Origin: an uncultured virus (IMG/VR IMGVR_UViG_3300007770_000006)
Taxonomy: Duplodnaviria > Heunggongvirae > Uroviricota > Caudoviricetes
Reading direction: 5' to 3' (one strand)
IMG/VR virus record: IMGVR_UViG_3300007770_000006
DNA length: 64,000 nt
In this document: positions 28,675 through 38,153 of the stretch, piece by piece
Numbering within the stretch: position 1 is the stretch's first letter
Layout: every line of letters starts with the position of its first letter
Notes under the pieces: generated by a model
Seen by the model: only the letters and a program-made list of their open reading frames with translations
Databases searched by the model: none
Told to the model about the DNA's origin: nothing
Translations under genes and position numbers: made by a program

Positions 28675-30236
28675 TCTCTCTCCTCTGCAGCGAGTGCCGC
28701 AGCGTTCAGCCAGCTGATCTGCTGACCAATTTGATAGTTTTCCCGCCCGTTCTCGCTGTCGTTCAGACAGACGGACACATACGGACAGTGCCCGCCCGGC
28801 AGTCTGCAGATCGGAACGCGCGGCCAGTGCAGCGCGATCCGCTGTCTCGTGTCTGCGTCGACAGGCAGACGCGCCGTTCCGGGCGCGGCGCGCAGCCACC
28901 CGGACAGTCGGGTGGCTTCAGCGAATAGCTCCACCTCATACTGGTGCAGGTCTTCCGCTGTGAACCGGCCCCACCGGCGAACATACAGCGCCTGATCAAT
29001 GTGGGCCGCCGCGTCTCTCTGCAGTCTCAGCGCTGCGGCGGTGTTCTCGGCCCGGCCGAGCTGTTCTGCGGCCACCTTCAGTCGCGCGCCGGCCGCGTCG
29101 CGCAGCTTTCGCGCGTCTGCTCCAGACTTGCCGCGGCCCGCTGCTCGCGCAGACCCGGCTCTGCGCTTGTGCTGAGTCTGCGCGACATCGTGCAGCATCG
29201 CGGCACGCGCGACGCTCTGATCCGCAGACTCTATCGAGCCCCACTCACCGGACTCTTCGAGAGCCGCGCGCCAGCGCCAGCTCGGCACCCGCTGACGCTT
29301 GCGAACGCTCCATAGTTTGGATTTCAGACGCTCGGGATCGCGCTGATGCGTGCTGCTCGTGACATCCCACAGCCAGCCGCCGGGCTCGGCACCGCCGAAC
29401 ATGCCGTAACGCTGAGATGCGTACCATAGCGCCCGCACGTACCCTGGCAGCTGCGTGTCGAGCAGCAGATCGGCGCTAAAGTGCTCGGGCGTCCCGCTCG
29501 TCTTTGTCTCCCACGCTCTCAGCATTCCCGAGCGACGCTCGCGCACGACGCCGTCGAGCTTTACGAGCTGAAACCACGGCAGCGACACGAGCTGCACAGA
29601 CGCTGGATCGTCGTATCCGTCTGCGAGTCGCCAGCCGGTCGGCGTCGACACGACCGGAACGCGCGAGCGGTACACGCCGCCGGTGTTCGGACTCGTGACC
29701 GGCGCGGCCAGCACTGTTTGCGCGCCGAGCACGTCATAGTCCTCGGCCATGCTGTCATCGTACATTCGCAGCCACCCGACGAACGCACGGCGCAGCGTTT
29801 CGACGAACAGATCCGCGCCGCCGTGCTCGTCGTACGGAGACGGGTCCGCGTAGATCTCAGCGATCGAGGGGGTCAGCACTCCCCCTCCCGAGCCGGCGCA
29901 GACCGGGCAGCCGGGCAGCGGCGCGGCGTTCGAGCTGCGCAGCGCGCAGAGCACGCAAGAGTCGAGCCCGCGATCTGTCAGCCGGTGGCCCGGCGCGCTC
30001 ATGTAGAACCGCAGCGCGCGCTCCATTGAACCGTCGAACGCGCGGCCGAACCGCAGCGCGCGACCCGGCGGCGAGTCGAGCCGGGCTGCACGCGAGAACC
30101 ACCAGCGCCGCCCGCATCGGGCCGACTTTCGCTCGCTGTTTGTCAGCGTCATCGCCGAGCGCGGCAGGCCCGGGATTGGGCCACCGCTGTAGCGCGGCGC
30201 TCGCGTTGCCGCGGCTCGAAACCGTCGAGGATTCAT
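28671..30236 (-). CDS. PD-(D/E)XK exonuclease, Cas4/AddB-like
   Basis: N-terminal CGRRWWF, KLDGVV...WETKT, QLPGY, three C-terminal Cys. Confidence 0.8.
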   Translation of the reverse strand: MNPRRFRAAATRAPRYSGGPIPGLPRSAMTLTNSERKSARCGRRWWFSRAARLDSPPGRALRFGRAFDGSMERALRFYMSAPGHRLTDRGLDSCVLCALRSSNAAPLPGCPVCAGSGGGVLTPSIAEIYADPSPYDEHGGADLFVETLRRAFVGWLRMYDDSMAEDYDVLGAQTVLAAPVTSPNTGGVYRSRVPVVSTPTGWRLADGYDDPASVQLVSLPWFQLVKLDGVVRERRSGMLRAWETKTSGTPEHFSADLLLDTQLPGYVRALWYASQRYGMFGGAEPGGWLWDVTSSTHQRDPERLKSKLWSVRKRQRVPSWRWRAALEESGEWGSIESADQSVARAAMLHDVAQTQHKRRAGSARAAGRGKSGADARKLRDAAGARLKVAAEQLGRAENTAAALRLQRDAAAHIDQALYVRRWGRFTAEDLHQYEVELFAEATRLSGWLRAAPGTARLPVDADTRQRIALHWPRVPICRLPGGHCPYVSVCLNDSENGRENYQIGQQISWLNAAALAAEERE

Positions 30237-30378
30237 CGTGTCGCCCCCCGTGATGTCATGTAGCCCCGCGCCGTCGTAACCGCACAGGGCGTAACCACGC
30301 CCCGCCCTCGGGGCCAGGATCGCGCTCCAAACAGTCGCCCGACACTGGCCCGACGAATGCCGATGGCCGAACGCACGA

Positions 30379-30405
30379 ACGCCCCGCCGGGCGAGGGCGG
30401 GGCGT
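30379..30405 (-). terminator. Terminator-like hairpin
   Basis: ACGCCCCGCC-loop-GGCGGGGCGT downstream of the 30431 stop. Confidence 0.6.
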
Positions 30406-30430
30406 GGGGGCTCGCTGCCCGGCCCGGGTC

Positions 30431-31300
30431 TTACTTGGCCGCGGGTTCGTCAGCGTCGCCGCTCGGGCTGCTCTCGGCTGCCGCCTTGCGCTTCGCTGCC
30501 GTCTTGCGGCTCGGGCTGTAGCGCTCGATCCCGGCAGCGAGCGAGCGGCGCTGCTCGTTCGCCGCCTCGTCGTCGAGCTGCGCGAACGTGACCAGCTTGG
30601 ACTCGCTGTCGAACGTCGCGAGCACGCCGGCCCGAACGCTCGCCGTGTAGAGCGGGTTCCAGCACGCCGGGCGGCCGGCGCTCTCGCCGGTCTTCCAGCC
30701 GCTCGGCGTCATCATACGGGCGCGGATTCGCAGCGAGCCCGAGAACGCCCGCAGGGTGTCGAGGTCTGCCGACCCGATCGCGACGAGCATCGCGATCGCG
30801 GCGTCGGCGGCTGCGTTCTTCTCGGCCGCAGCGGCGGCGCGCTTGCCGATCTTGGGGGCGTCGTCGCGAGCGGCTGCTGCGGCGCTGATCGCGTTCGACT
30901 CGGCGATGTTCGCGGCGTTGACGGCGTCCATCGCGGCCACGGCGGCCGGGCAGCCGGCGGGCGCATCGATCACGATGTCAGCAGCTGCGGCGCTCGCGGC
31001 GGCGGCCACGTCGCCGGCGGCGACCAGATCGGCCTCGGGCTGCGCGATCTCGGCGTCGACGTTCGCATCATGCGCGGCCTGCTCGATCTGCTGCGCGACC
31101 GTCAGCGGCCGGATCTGACCGGCGACGCCGGCGGCGCGGGCCGCAATCACGTCGCGGGCATAGCCACGCAGAGCGCCCAGCTTCATTTTTCCGGTCCCGA
31201 CGGCGCAGCCGTCGAGCTTCAGCGAGTGAACGATCTGTCCCTTGGTCGAGAGATTCGGAGAGAGATCGGCGATGGCGGTGTCGGTGTAGGTGCGGGGCAT
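30431..31300 (-). CDS. Ala-rich hypothetical protein with basic C-terminal tail
   Basis: Start MPRTYT with ACAGGA RBS; own operator and terminator. Confidence 0.75.
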   Translation of the reverse strand: MPRTYTDTAIADLSPNLSTKGQIVHSLKLDGCAVGTGKMKLGALRGYARDVIAARAAGVAGQIRPLTVAQQIEQAAHDANVDAEIAQPEADLVAAGDVAAAASAAAADIVIDAPAGCPAAVAAMDAVNAANIAESNAISAAAAARDDAPKIGKRAAAAAEKNAAADAAIAMLVAIGSADLDTLRAFSGSLRIRARMMTPSGWKTGESAGRPACWNPLYTASVRAGVLATFDSESKLVTFAQLDDEAANEQRRSLAAGIERYSPSRKTAAKRKAAAESSPSGDADEPAAK

Positions 31301-31354
31301 GTTGTCGTCCTGTGTGTGAGCCGGGTGGCACCGATGCTGCCCGGTGCCATCACC

Positions 31355-31371
31355 TAACCCCGCCACGGTTA
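31355..31371. promoter_or_regulatory. Operator-like site 2, TAACC-ccgccac-GGTTA
   Basis: Identical to site 1; 54 nt upstream of start. Confidence 0.75.
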
Positions 31372-31400
31372 CGGCGTCGAGATTTATTCCACATTAGACA

Positions 31401-32918
31401 TCAGCGCGCATCGTGCTGCCCGGCTAGCTCTCGCTCCTCGGCGAGCACCGCCGCGAGCTTCTGCGCCGCTGTTTCGCGCCGAGATCTGCGCGATGCGCAG
31501 ACGCCGACCCGCTCGCGGTACGCCCGCCGGCGCGCCGTCCACTGACCGATGAACGGGATCGGGTCGACGATGTCGACCACGATCGGCGTTCGCTTGCCGT
31601 CAGCGACGCGCATCGCGCGGCCGATCCGCTGCACGGCGCGACCCGCGGCGCGACCCGTGCTCGCGATGATCATCGCGTCGAGCGACCGAACGTCCAGCCC
31701 CTCGTCGGCCAGCTGCGTCGCGACGAGAACCCGCAGCACACCGCGGCGCAGCTGATCGATCCGCGCAGCGCGCAGCCCGCCGGGCACGTCGGACGTTACC
31801 GGCATCGCGAGCACGCCGCGAGCGGTCAGCAGCCGCGACAGCTCGTGCGCCGCTGCACGGCGCGGCACGAGCACGAGCAGCGTCCGACCGTCGCGCACGA
31901 GCTGCAGCGACAGCTCGACGAGCAGCGCGACCCGCGACGGGTCCACCGTCAGCGCGGTTACCGCGCCGGTCATGTCGAGCCGACCCGTCCGCGGGTCAAT
32001 GAACCGCTCGGCTGTGACATCAGCGCCCGAGTCGACGGCGACGAGCCGCGGCCGTAGCAGCCATCCGCCGTCAATCAGCTCGGGCACGCTGACCGACCAG
32101 AGCTGCGGCCCGAGCAGCAGCGGCAGCAGCACGCCCCAGCCGTCGTCCCGGTCGGGCGTCGCCGTCACGCCCCACCGATACCGCGCCGGCGCTGACTCTA
32201 TGACCCGTCGAAACGTCGACGCCGGCGCGTGGTGCGCTTCGTCGAGCAGAACCGCGCCGGCGCTGCTGATCAGAGTCTGCGCAGACTCGCCGGCGCGTTC
32301 GAGAGTCTGCACGGTCGCGACTGCGAATTCTGGCCGACCGCTCTGCACAGACAGCGGATCGCGCAGACACCGCCGGCGGCCGCCGGCGACCGTTCGCACA
32401 GTCAGCCCCCACGACCTCAGTAGCCCGGTCCACTGACTCAGCAGATCGCGAGTATGAACAAGAATCAGGGACGGCTCGCCAGTCAGCACAAGCGCCGACG
32501 CCCCGATCACGGTCTTACCCGCGCCGCACGGCGCGACAATGTAGCCCTGGACGCCGCGGCGCAGCGCCGACACGGCGTCGCGCTGGTACGGGCGCAGGGT
32601 CAGCGGCAGCGAGTCGGCGTCGACAGCGCCGGCCGAGCGGCTGACGACAGCCGGCTGCCACGACAGCTCGACGCCGTGTCGGCGAGCTTCGCTGCGAACG
32701 ATGCCGACAGCGCCACGCGGCATGATCAGCAGATGCCCCGCCCGATGGTACAGACGAGCGAACGGATCAACGCCCGCCGGATCGAGCCCGGCGCGCGCGC
32801 GCTTGCGCCGCTCGGGATTAGGGATCGTGAGTCTGCGGGCGAGCCGGGCGAGAAGCGCTCGCGGTGCCGCTCTCGTGTCGAGAGAGAGCCGGGCAGATAC
32901 TCGAACAGTGACAGACAC
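31401..32918 (-). CDS. SF2 DEAD/DEAH helicase (ResIII/UvsW-like)
   Basis: LRPYQ, PCGAGKT, LDEAHH, TATP, DEGLDV, QRIGRAMR. Confidence 0.92.
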   Translation of the reverse strand: MSVTVRVSARLSLDTRAAPRALLARLARRLTIPNPERRKRARAGLDPAGVDPFARLYHRAGHLLIMPRGAVGIVRSEARRHGVELSWQPAVVSRSAGAVDADSLPLTLRPYQRDAVSALRRGVQGYIVAPCGAGKTVIGASALVLTGEPSLILVHTRDLLSQWTGLLRSWGLTVRTVAGGRRRCLRDPLSVQSGRPEFAVATVQTLERAGESAQTLISSAGAVLLDEAHHAPASTFRRVIESAPARYRWGVTATPDRDDGWGVLLPLLLGPQLWSVSVPELIDGGWLLRPRLVAVDSGADVTAERFIDPRTGRLDMTGAVTALTVDPSRVALLVELSLQLVRDGRTLLVLVPRRAAAHELSRLLTARGVLAMPVTSDVPGGLRAARIDQLRRGVLRVLVATQLADEGLDVRSLDAMIIASTGRAAGRAVQRIGRAMRVADGKRTPIVVDIVDPIPFIGQWTARRRAYRERVGVCASRRSRRETAAQKLAAVLAEERELAGQHDAR

Positions 32919-33249
32919 GAGAAACCGGATCGCGTGTCGACGGTCGCTGCGGTGTCGGCGTTGCCGCGCCGTTCAGAGTCACACAGGAATAAGACGATGA
33001 ATCAGCGACCGTCGACACGCTCTCGTGATTCATTGTAGTCCCTTCGGGCGGTTAACGCACACGCGAGCCCGAATTAGCAGCGCCGGCCGCGAGCCTACAG
33101 CAGATCGCGGCCGGCGCTGCAGACTCGCGAGCAACCCCCGCCAACGAATCCGACTACCACAGACACGGTAACCCAGCTCACCGGGCTCGTTCAGACACAC
33201 GAACGCCCGGGCGACAATGCGCCCGGGCGGCGAGTCAGTCGTGCCGACT

Positions 33250-34644
33250 CTACAGAACGGACCAGTTGGCGTCGACGCCGTCGCAGGCGTAGCGCTCGGA
33301 CATGCGCCCGACATCGTCGAGCGTACGGCCGGCCGCGGCGCGGTCCATCGTGTCGGCACCGTTCCGGGCCACGTTGACATCGTTCGCGCCCTTGTCGTTC
33401 TTCACCTCGATCAGACGCGAGCCCGCAGACACGGCGGGCATGTTGACGGTGATCGCCCCGGACGTGGTGTCGCAGAGGATCAGAGCGTCGGCCGCGAGCA
33501 CCGTGTAGGGGCTGTCCGCGTTCGTGATCCGCTTGATGTTCGGAACGAGCGCGCCCGAGAGCTGCAGATCCTTGAGGTACAGCTTGGACACGGGCGTTCC
33601 GGCCTCGCCGATCTCGCGGGTGCCGTTGTCGAAGGTGACGTTCCCAGCGATGTCCTTGGAGCCGTCCTTGCTCCAATACTCGGTGTGATGATCGCCGGAC
33701 CCCAGCTGCGCGTGTGCGTCGCTGTCGACACTGTTGGCGGCGTAGTGCTCAGAGCCGAGCGTGTCGTCCTGAATCTCAGCGCCACTGACGCAGTCGGCAC
33801 CCAGCGCAGCGTTGTTCACACTGCCCGCGGCGTAGTGCTCAGAGTCGATCGAGCCGGCCACGTAGTGCTCGGAGTCGATCGAGTCGTCGGCGATCTCGTC
33901 GCCGGTTACGCAGTCCGCGCCCAGCTTCGGGTTGGTGATCGCGCCGTCCTGCACGGCGTCAGTGTCGACGGAATCGTCGGCCAGCTCGGACGAGGTGATC
34001 TGGTCGGGCGCGAGCGCCGCGGCCTCGCTGTCGAAGTAGACGACCAGACCGGCGTCCTCGGGCTCGTCGTCGAGGTCGTACCGCTGGATGTAGATCGGCT
34101 TGAACTGCTGCGCAGCGTCCAGCGACTCTACGGTGGCGGTGTCGTCGAACGGACCCGAGAAAAAGTACAGCTTCTCGGTCGTCTCGTCGCTGAGCACGGC
34201 CCAGATCTCGTCGCCGGCGGTGTTCAGCAGCTCATCGTTGCTCAGATCCCGCAGCAGAATGCGACCCTTCGAGGCGGCCGGGCTCGCGCTCGCGCCGATC
34301 TTGCCGGTCGCGGTGTCAAACTCGTTGGCCGCGCCGGCACCGGAAGACAGCGCCAGAATGCCCTTCGAGGCCGTGTCGCCGAGTCCGACGTAAGTCCCGC
34401 CGCCCGGGTCGTACGCGAGCGAGGACGCGGGCGAGCCGCCGATCGTCTGCGTTCCGCCGATGACGCGGGCGAGCCGATAGCGGTGCTGCAGGACGGCGAC
34501 CTTCGCGGTATCGTCGACGTGGGTTGCGAGAACGGAATTGGCGGCACCTTCGAGCACGCCGTCCGGGCCGATGCTGGCGGGGACGAGCGCCTGGACGCCG
34601 CCGTTGTGAAAGTGCGCCTTGTTGGCGGGAACACCAGAAGCCAT
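33250..34644 (-). CDS. Virion structural/tail-fibre-like protein
   Basis: DSIDSEHY/GAITNPKL-type repeats; C-terminal ADSPYTV..ILCDTTSGAITVNMP domain. Confidence 0.65.
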   Translation of the reverse strand: MASGVPANKAHFHNGGVQALVPASIGPDGVLEGAANSVLATHVDDTAKVAVLQHRYRLARVIGGTQTIGGSPASSLAYDPGGGTYVGLGDTASKGILALSSGAGAANEFDTATGKIGASASPAASKGRILLRDLSNDELLNTAGDEIWAVLSDETTEKLYFFSGPFDDTATVESLDAAQQFKPIYIQRYDLDDEPEDAGLVVYFDSEAAALAPDQITSSELADDSVDTDAVQDGAITNPKLGADCVTGDEIADDSIDSEHYVAGSIDSEHYAAGSVNNAALGADCVSGAEIQDDTLGSEHYAANSVDSDAHAQLGSGDHHTEYWSKDGSKDIAGNVTFDNGTREIGEAGTPVSKLYLKDLQLSGALVPNIKRITNADSPYTVLAADALILCDTTSGAITVNMPAVSAGSRLIEVKNDKGANDVNVARNGADTMDRAAAGRTLDDVGRMSERYACDGVDANWSVL

Positions 34645-34740
34645 GATGAAACCTCGTTGGGTCTTTGAGTCTGCGCCAGCGAGTCTACGCCCGTCTTCGG
34701 CTGTCGTGTCTGTGGCGTGCTGAGTCTACACCCTACGCCG

Positions 34741-35499
34741 TCAGTATGTAAACCATTCGAGCCCGGTCGACCGGGCGATCATCGCCGGCATCGGCCCGGG
34801 CGCGATGAATTGCGGGATTTGCACGGTCGACGTGCGGTCGATCTGTTCCGGCACCGGCGGCGCAAGCGTCGCCGTGTTCGCGCCGGTCACCTTGAATCGC
34901 AGATCTTCATTGGCACGATCGGCGGCGGCGGGCAGATTCACGACGATCGTTCCAGCGGCGGTTTCGAGAATGAAGACAGTAAATCCTGACTCGACACTAT
35001 ACGGCGACATCGCCGGCGTGATCGCTTTCGTCGCGCCGCTCGGGCCGCCCGCTTCGAGCGCGTCAATTCGCGCAGACAGCGCGTCCAGCTCGACGCGGGC
35101 GCGCACAGACTGAAAGATCAGAGGCGTCGTGCCCAGTGTCGGCGCAACGTCAGTCGTGAATTCGTAGATAGCATGAGCGCTCGCGCCACGCTGAATCGTG
35201 ATCTGAATTCCGTCGATAAAGTCTGCGGCTTTCGACAGGTCGGGGACGCGCGCCATCGGCACGCCCTCGGCGACCCATAGATACACGCCGTGTTCTGTTC
35301 CGTCGTTCTGATCGAACAGACCGACTCTGCGCCCGAGCGCAGGAACGGTCGACAGATCGACGCCGCCCCATACCGGCGCAGCAGCGGCCGGCGCGGACGC
35401 GATGTCCACGTTGCCCGTCGCGGCGGTCAGCGCCGGCCGACGACTCGGTGTGCGACGCAGCGCGCCGCGTGCGCGAGATCCGCGAACACTAAAGGTCAC
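34741..35499 (-). CDS. Virion structural/tail-fibre-like protein
   Basis: RVGLFDQNDGTEHGVY fibre-type motif, short coiled coil, C-terminal SPYSV..TAAGTIVVNLP domain. Confidence 0.65.
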   Translation of the reverse strand: MTFSVRGSRARGALRRTPSRRPALTAATGNVDIASAPAAAAPVWGGVDLSTVPALGRRVGLFDQNDGTEHGVYLWVAEGVPMARVPDLSKAADFIDGIQITIQRGASAHAIYEFTTDVAPTLGTTPLIFQSVRARVELDALSARIDALEAGGPSGATKAITPAMSPYSVESGFTVFILETAAGTIVVNLPAAADRANEDLRFKVTGANTATLAPPVPEQIDRTSTVQIPQFIAPGPMPAMIARSTGLEWFTY

Positions 35500-35503
35500 A
35501 ACG

Positions 35504-35800
35504 TCACGCGAGCCACTGGATCAGATACGACGTGTTGTCGCCGGTGATCTCGATGTCGGGCGACACGAGCATTCCACCGGGCTGCAGCGTCACCTCGCCG
35601 TCCGCTGGGATCGTGATCAGATCGCCGCCGTTGATCTGCAGAGTGCCCGTCGTTCCGTCGGTCCATGCGACGATTGCATGAACATACTTGCGGCCGGTCA
35701 TCGAGAGCGACAGAGCGCCCACGCCGTGCTGATACGCCCAAGTCCCGACGAACCGCCGAAAGATCGCGCGTATGTAGTCGTTCACGCTCAGATCTGCCAC
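35504..35800 (-). CDS. Small beta-rich hypothetical protein
   Basis: GTG start with AGGGAG RBS. Confidence 0.55.
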   Translation of the reverse strand: MADLSVNDYIRAIFRRFVGTWAYQHGVGALSLSMTGRKYVHAIVAWTDGTTGTLQINGGDLITIPADGEVTLQPGGMLVSPDIEITGDNTSYLIQWLA

Positions 35801-35817
35801 GCCGCGCTCCCTCGCGC

Positions 35818-37407
35818 TCACTCTGCACTATCGCACACACTCGACAGTAGATGCGAACGGTATAGCCCGCCATCGACTATGCGCCACCCGGGCCGCCTGC
35901 CGAATCGGCCAGCGTCGCAGACGGCGGGATCGGCATGACCGGCACGCGCGCCGAGTCTGCGGGCAACGCCGAGCAGCTGCGCGCCGAGTCGGGCGTGCCA
36001 TGACTGCACGTCGACACGACGTGTCCACACGCCGGGCGTGTGCCGGGCGTGTCGCAGCTTTAGCCAGATCTGCAAGCCGGTCGGACCCGTGCGAACGACC
36101 GCGCCCGACCCGGCGATCTCGGGATCGCTGAACGCTTCGCGCAGCAGCTCGTCGCCGAGCGTGTCTGCGCAGTCGTCGAGCGATTCGACATCGTCGAGAT
36201 CTATCAGAACCCAGCGCTGACACACGGCGCGCCACGGTTCGACCCATGATCGTCGAGTCATGCAGGACACAGACATGAGCCGATCCGGCAGAACCGCGCG
36301 ACCCGGCAGATCGCCGCGCATGTACGCGGCATCGTGCGCCCGGCCCGACTCGGCATCGCCGGCAGAGCGCGACTCGGCGACACGCAGCGCCGACACCGGG
36401 TCGCCGGCGAGTCTGTGCCCGGGCGTTCTCGCGAGTCGCCAGCGGCCCGCCGAGTCTGACCACGCGCCGAGCGACGCGCCGACATGACGGGCCGCGGCCG
36501 TGCGGGTCGCGATCATGCCGCCCACCGGGCCGTCGAGCAGCTGTGCGCCGGGCCGTCTCGACGGCTGCCGCTGCTGTGGGGGGTCTTTAGTTGTGCCGGC
36601 GCAGACCAGATCGACATTCTCGGCGAGCTGCGGGCGGCACGACTCGAACAGCAGCAGCCGCGATCCGTCGATCTTCCACGCTGCGCGCCAGCCGCATGAC
36701 ATGCACAGCGCGCCGCCGCTGCGCCAGAGCACGAGCGACGGCGACCGATCCCGGTGTGCCGGGCAGCAGACCGCGAGCGCTCGCGGCCCCTCGGGCCGCT
36801 GAAGCCGCTGAACAGCCCGTGGGGCTGTCAGAACAACGGGGGCCGGCGCAGGGCGCGACCTCGGCCCGCCCGCGGCGCTCGAAAGTGCAGCGGCGACCCA
36901 CGGCGCGATCAGCAGGTGCCGACCGCCGCGCCGACTGCCGGCCGGCAGCGAGCGCAGCTGCGCGCCGAGCTGCCGAGCCGCGGCCGCTGACAGCTCAGCC
37001 CAGCCGGCGAGCGCCCGCACGGCTTCCCAACCGCGCGCCGCCGCCCAGCGTGTGACGCCGTCGACGGTCGCGACATACGCCGGACAGCTCTCGACGTACA
37101 GTCCACCGGCGAGCGGCTGCGCCGCGAACCGGTGCGCCGATCCCCAGCAGTGCAGCAGCGCCGCCGCGCCGCGGCCCGCTGCGGTCTGCAGTCTCGCGAG
37201 CGAGCGCAGCTCGCCGGCAAGCGCATAGACGGTCGCGCGCTCGACGAGCGTGGACAGAGACGTGGCGCGCGGATAGTATCGAGTCAAGCTCGGCGTCCAG
37301 GGTCGAGTGACAGGACGGCGCAACGAACAGCGCCGGCCCGACGCCCGATCGGTAGCAGCCGATCGGGCGTTCGTGCATAGACATAGCACGATCAGCGAAC
37401 CGATCAC
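35818..37407 (-). CDS. Primase-related protein: CHC2-like Zn finger plus AEP/RepB-primase-like domain (start uncertain)
   Basis: CPAHRDRSPSL...CMSC; LIDLDD; VRTGPTGLQIW; DPAVCDAGRFGRRPG. Confidence 0.55.
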   Translation of the reverse strand: MIGSLIVLCLCTNARSAATDRASGRRCSLRRPVTRPWTPSLTRYYPRATSLSTLVERATVYALAGELRSLARLQTAAGRGAAALLHCWGSAHRFAAQPLAGGLYVESCPAYVATVDGVTRWAAARGWEAVRALAGWAELSAAAARQLGAQLRSLPAGSRRGGRHLLIAPWVAAALSSAAGGPRSRPAPAPVVLTAPRAVQRLQRPEGPRALAVCCPAHRDRSPSLVLWRSGGALCMSCGWRAAWKIDGSRLLLFESCRPQLAENVDLVCAGTTKDPPQQRQPSRRPGAQLLDGPVGGMIATRTAAARHVGASLGAWSDSAGRWRLARTPGHRLAGDPVSALRVAESRSAGDAESGRAHDAAYMRGDLPGRAVLPDRLMSVSCMTRRSWVEPWRAVCQRWVLIDLDDVESLDDCADTLGDELLREAFSDPEIAGSGAVVRTGPTGLQIWLKLRHARHTPGVWTRRVDVQSWHARLGAQLLGVARRLGARAGHADPAVCDAGRFGRRPGWRIVDGGLYRSHLLSSVCDSAE

Positions 37408-37461
37408 ACTGTGCGATCCGGAGGTGTCGCCCCTATTAGCAGATACGAGCGCGGGGCGAAC

Positions 37462-37707
37462 ATGACGAAACGAACACGAATCAGCACGGCCGATTCGCCG
37501 TACACAGTACGGCCCGACGATCGGGCGCTACTCGTCGACGCGACGGACGGGCCGGTCGCGATCTCACTGCCCGAGCACGAGCCCGAATCTGCGGCGCAGT
37601 TACTCGCCGCCGGGCTCGGCGGTACGCTGCAGGGGCTCGGGTGCGGTCTGATCGTCGCACTGCCGTTGCTTGCTGTGATCTGCTCGATCGTGTGGCTGCT
37701 GCGGTAG
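37462..37707 (+). CDS. Small membrane protein carrying a truncated tail-fibre-domain segment
   Basis: TRISTADSPYTVRPDDRALLVDATDGPVAISLP followed by a C-terminal TM helix. Confidence 0.65.
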   Translation: MTKRTRISTADSPYTVRPDDRALLVDATDGPVAISLPEHEPESAAQLLAAGLGGTLQGLGCGLIVALPLLAVICSIVWLLR

Positions 37708-37720
37708 AGCCCAAACGCAG

Positions 37721-37747
37721 AGCAGCCCGGCGTCATGCCGGGCTGCT
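37721..37747. terminator. Hairpin between convergent genes
   Basis: AGCAGCCCGGC-GTCAT-GCCGGGCTGCT. Confidence 0.7.
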
Positions 37748-37764
37748 GGCGAGTGCCGGGCGCG

Positions 37765-38073
37765 TCAGCTGCCGGCGAGACGCCGGCGCGCGGTGCTGAA
37801 CAGTGCGTCAGCCTCGGCCACGTTGATGTTGTGGCGGCGAGCGTCGAGAACGGTCCAGATCTTCTCGCTGATCAGCTCGGCGCAGTCGAGCACCTGCGAC
37901 CGGTGCTCGGCGGTCGGGCTGCGGTCGGCGATCCGGTTGAGATCGGAGGTGGCATCCATGATCGCGTCGATGAGCGGCTGGGCCGGCGCGCCCGCTGCGG
38001 TGGAGTCGGCGATCGCGCCGATCAGCCGCTCGCTGATCGAGAGAGTGTGGAGAAGGGTTGCGGTGTCGGGCAT
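37765..38073 (-). CDS. Small helical hypothetical protein
   Basis: Start MPDTAT with ACAGGA RBS. Confidence 0.7.
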   Translation of the reverse strand: MPDTATLLHTLSISERLIGAIADSTAAGAPAQPLIDAIMDATSDLNRIADRSPTAEHRSQVLDCAELISEKIWTVLDARRHNINVAEADALFSTARRRLAGS

Positions 38074-38123
38074 GTTGTCGTCCTGTGTTGGCCGGCGAGT
38101 GCTGCCCGCCGGTGACTCACACC

Positions 38124-38140
38124 TAACCCCGTCGCGGTTA
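38124..38140. promoter_or_regulatory. Operator-like site 3, TAACC-ccgtcgc-GGTTA
   Basis: 50 nt upstream of start; TTGCGG-N18-TAGGTG on minus strand. Confidence 0.75.
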
Positions 38141-38153
38141 GATCCGCAAGCGA

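Noticed and set aside
28671..30236. Cas4-like nuclease as CRISPR-associated
   Set aside because: Sits in the standard phage exonuclease-Sak4-SSB recombination module
30275..30296. Additional operator sites (CGTAACC x2; half-sites near 33050 and 33169)
   Set aside because: Only half-sites without the N7 dyad partner; not counted
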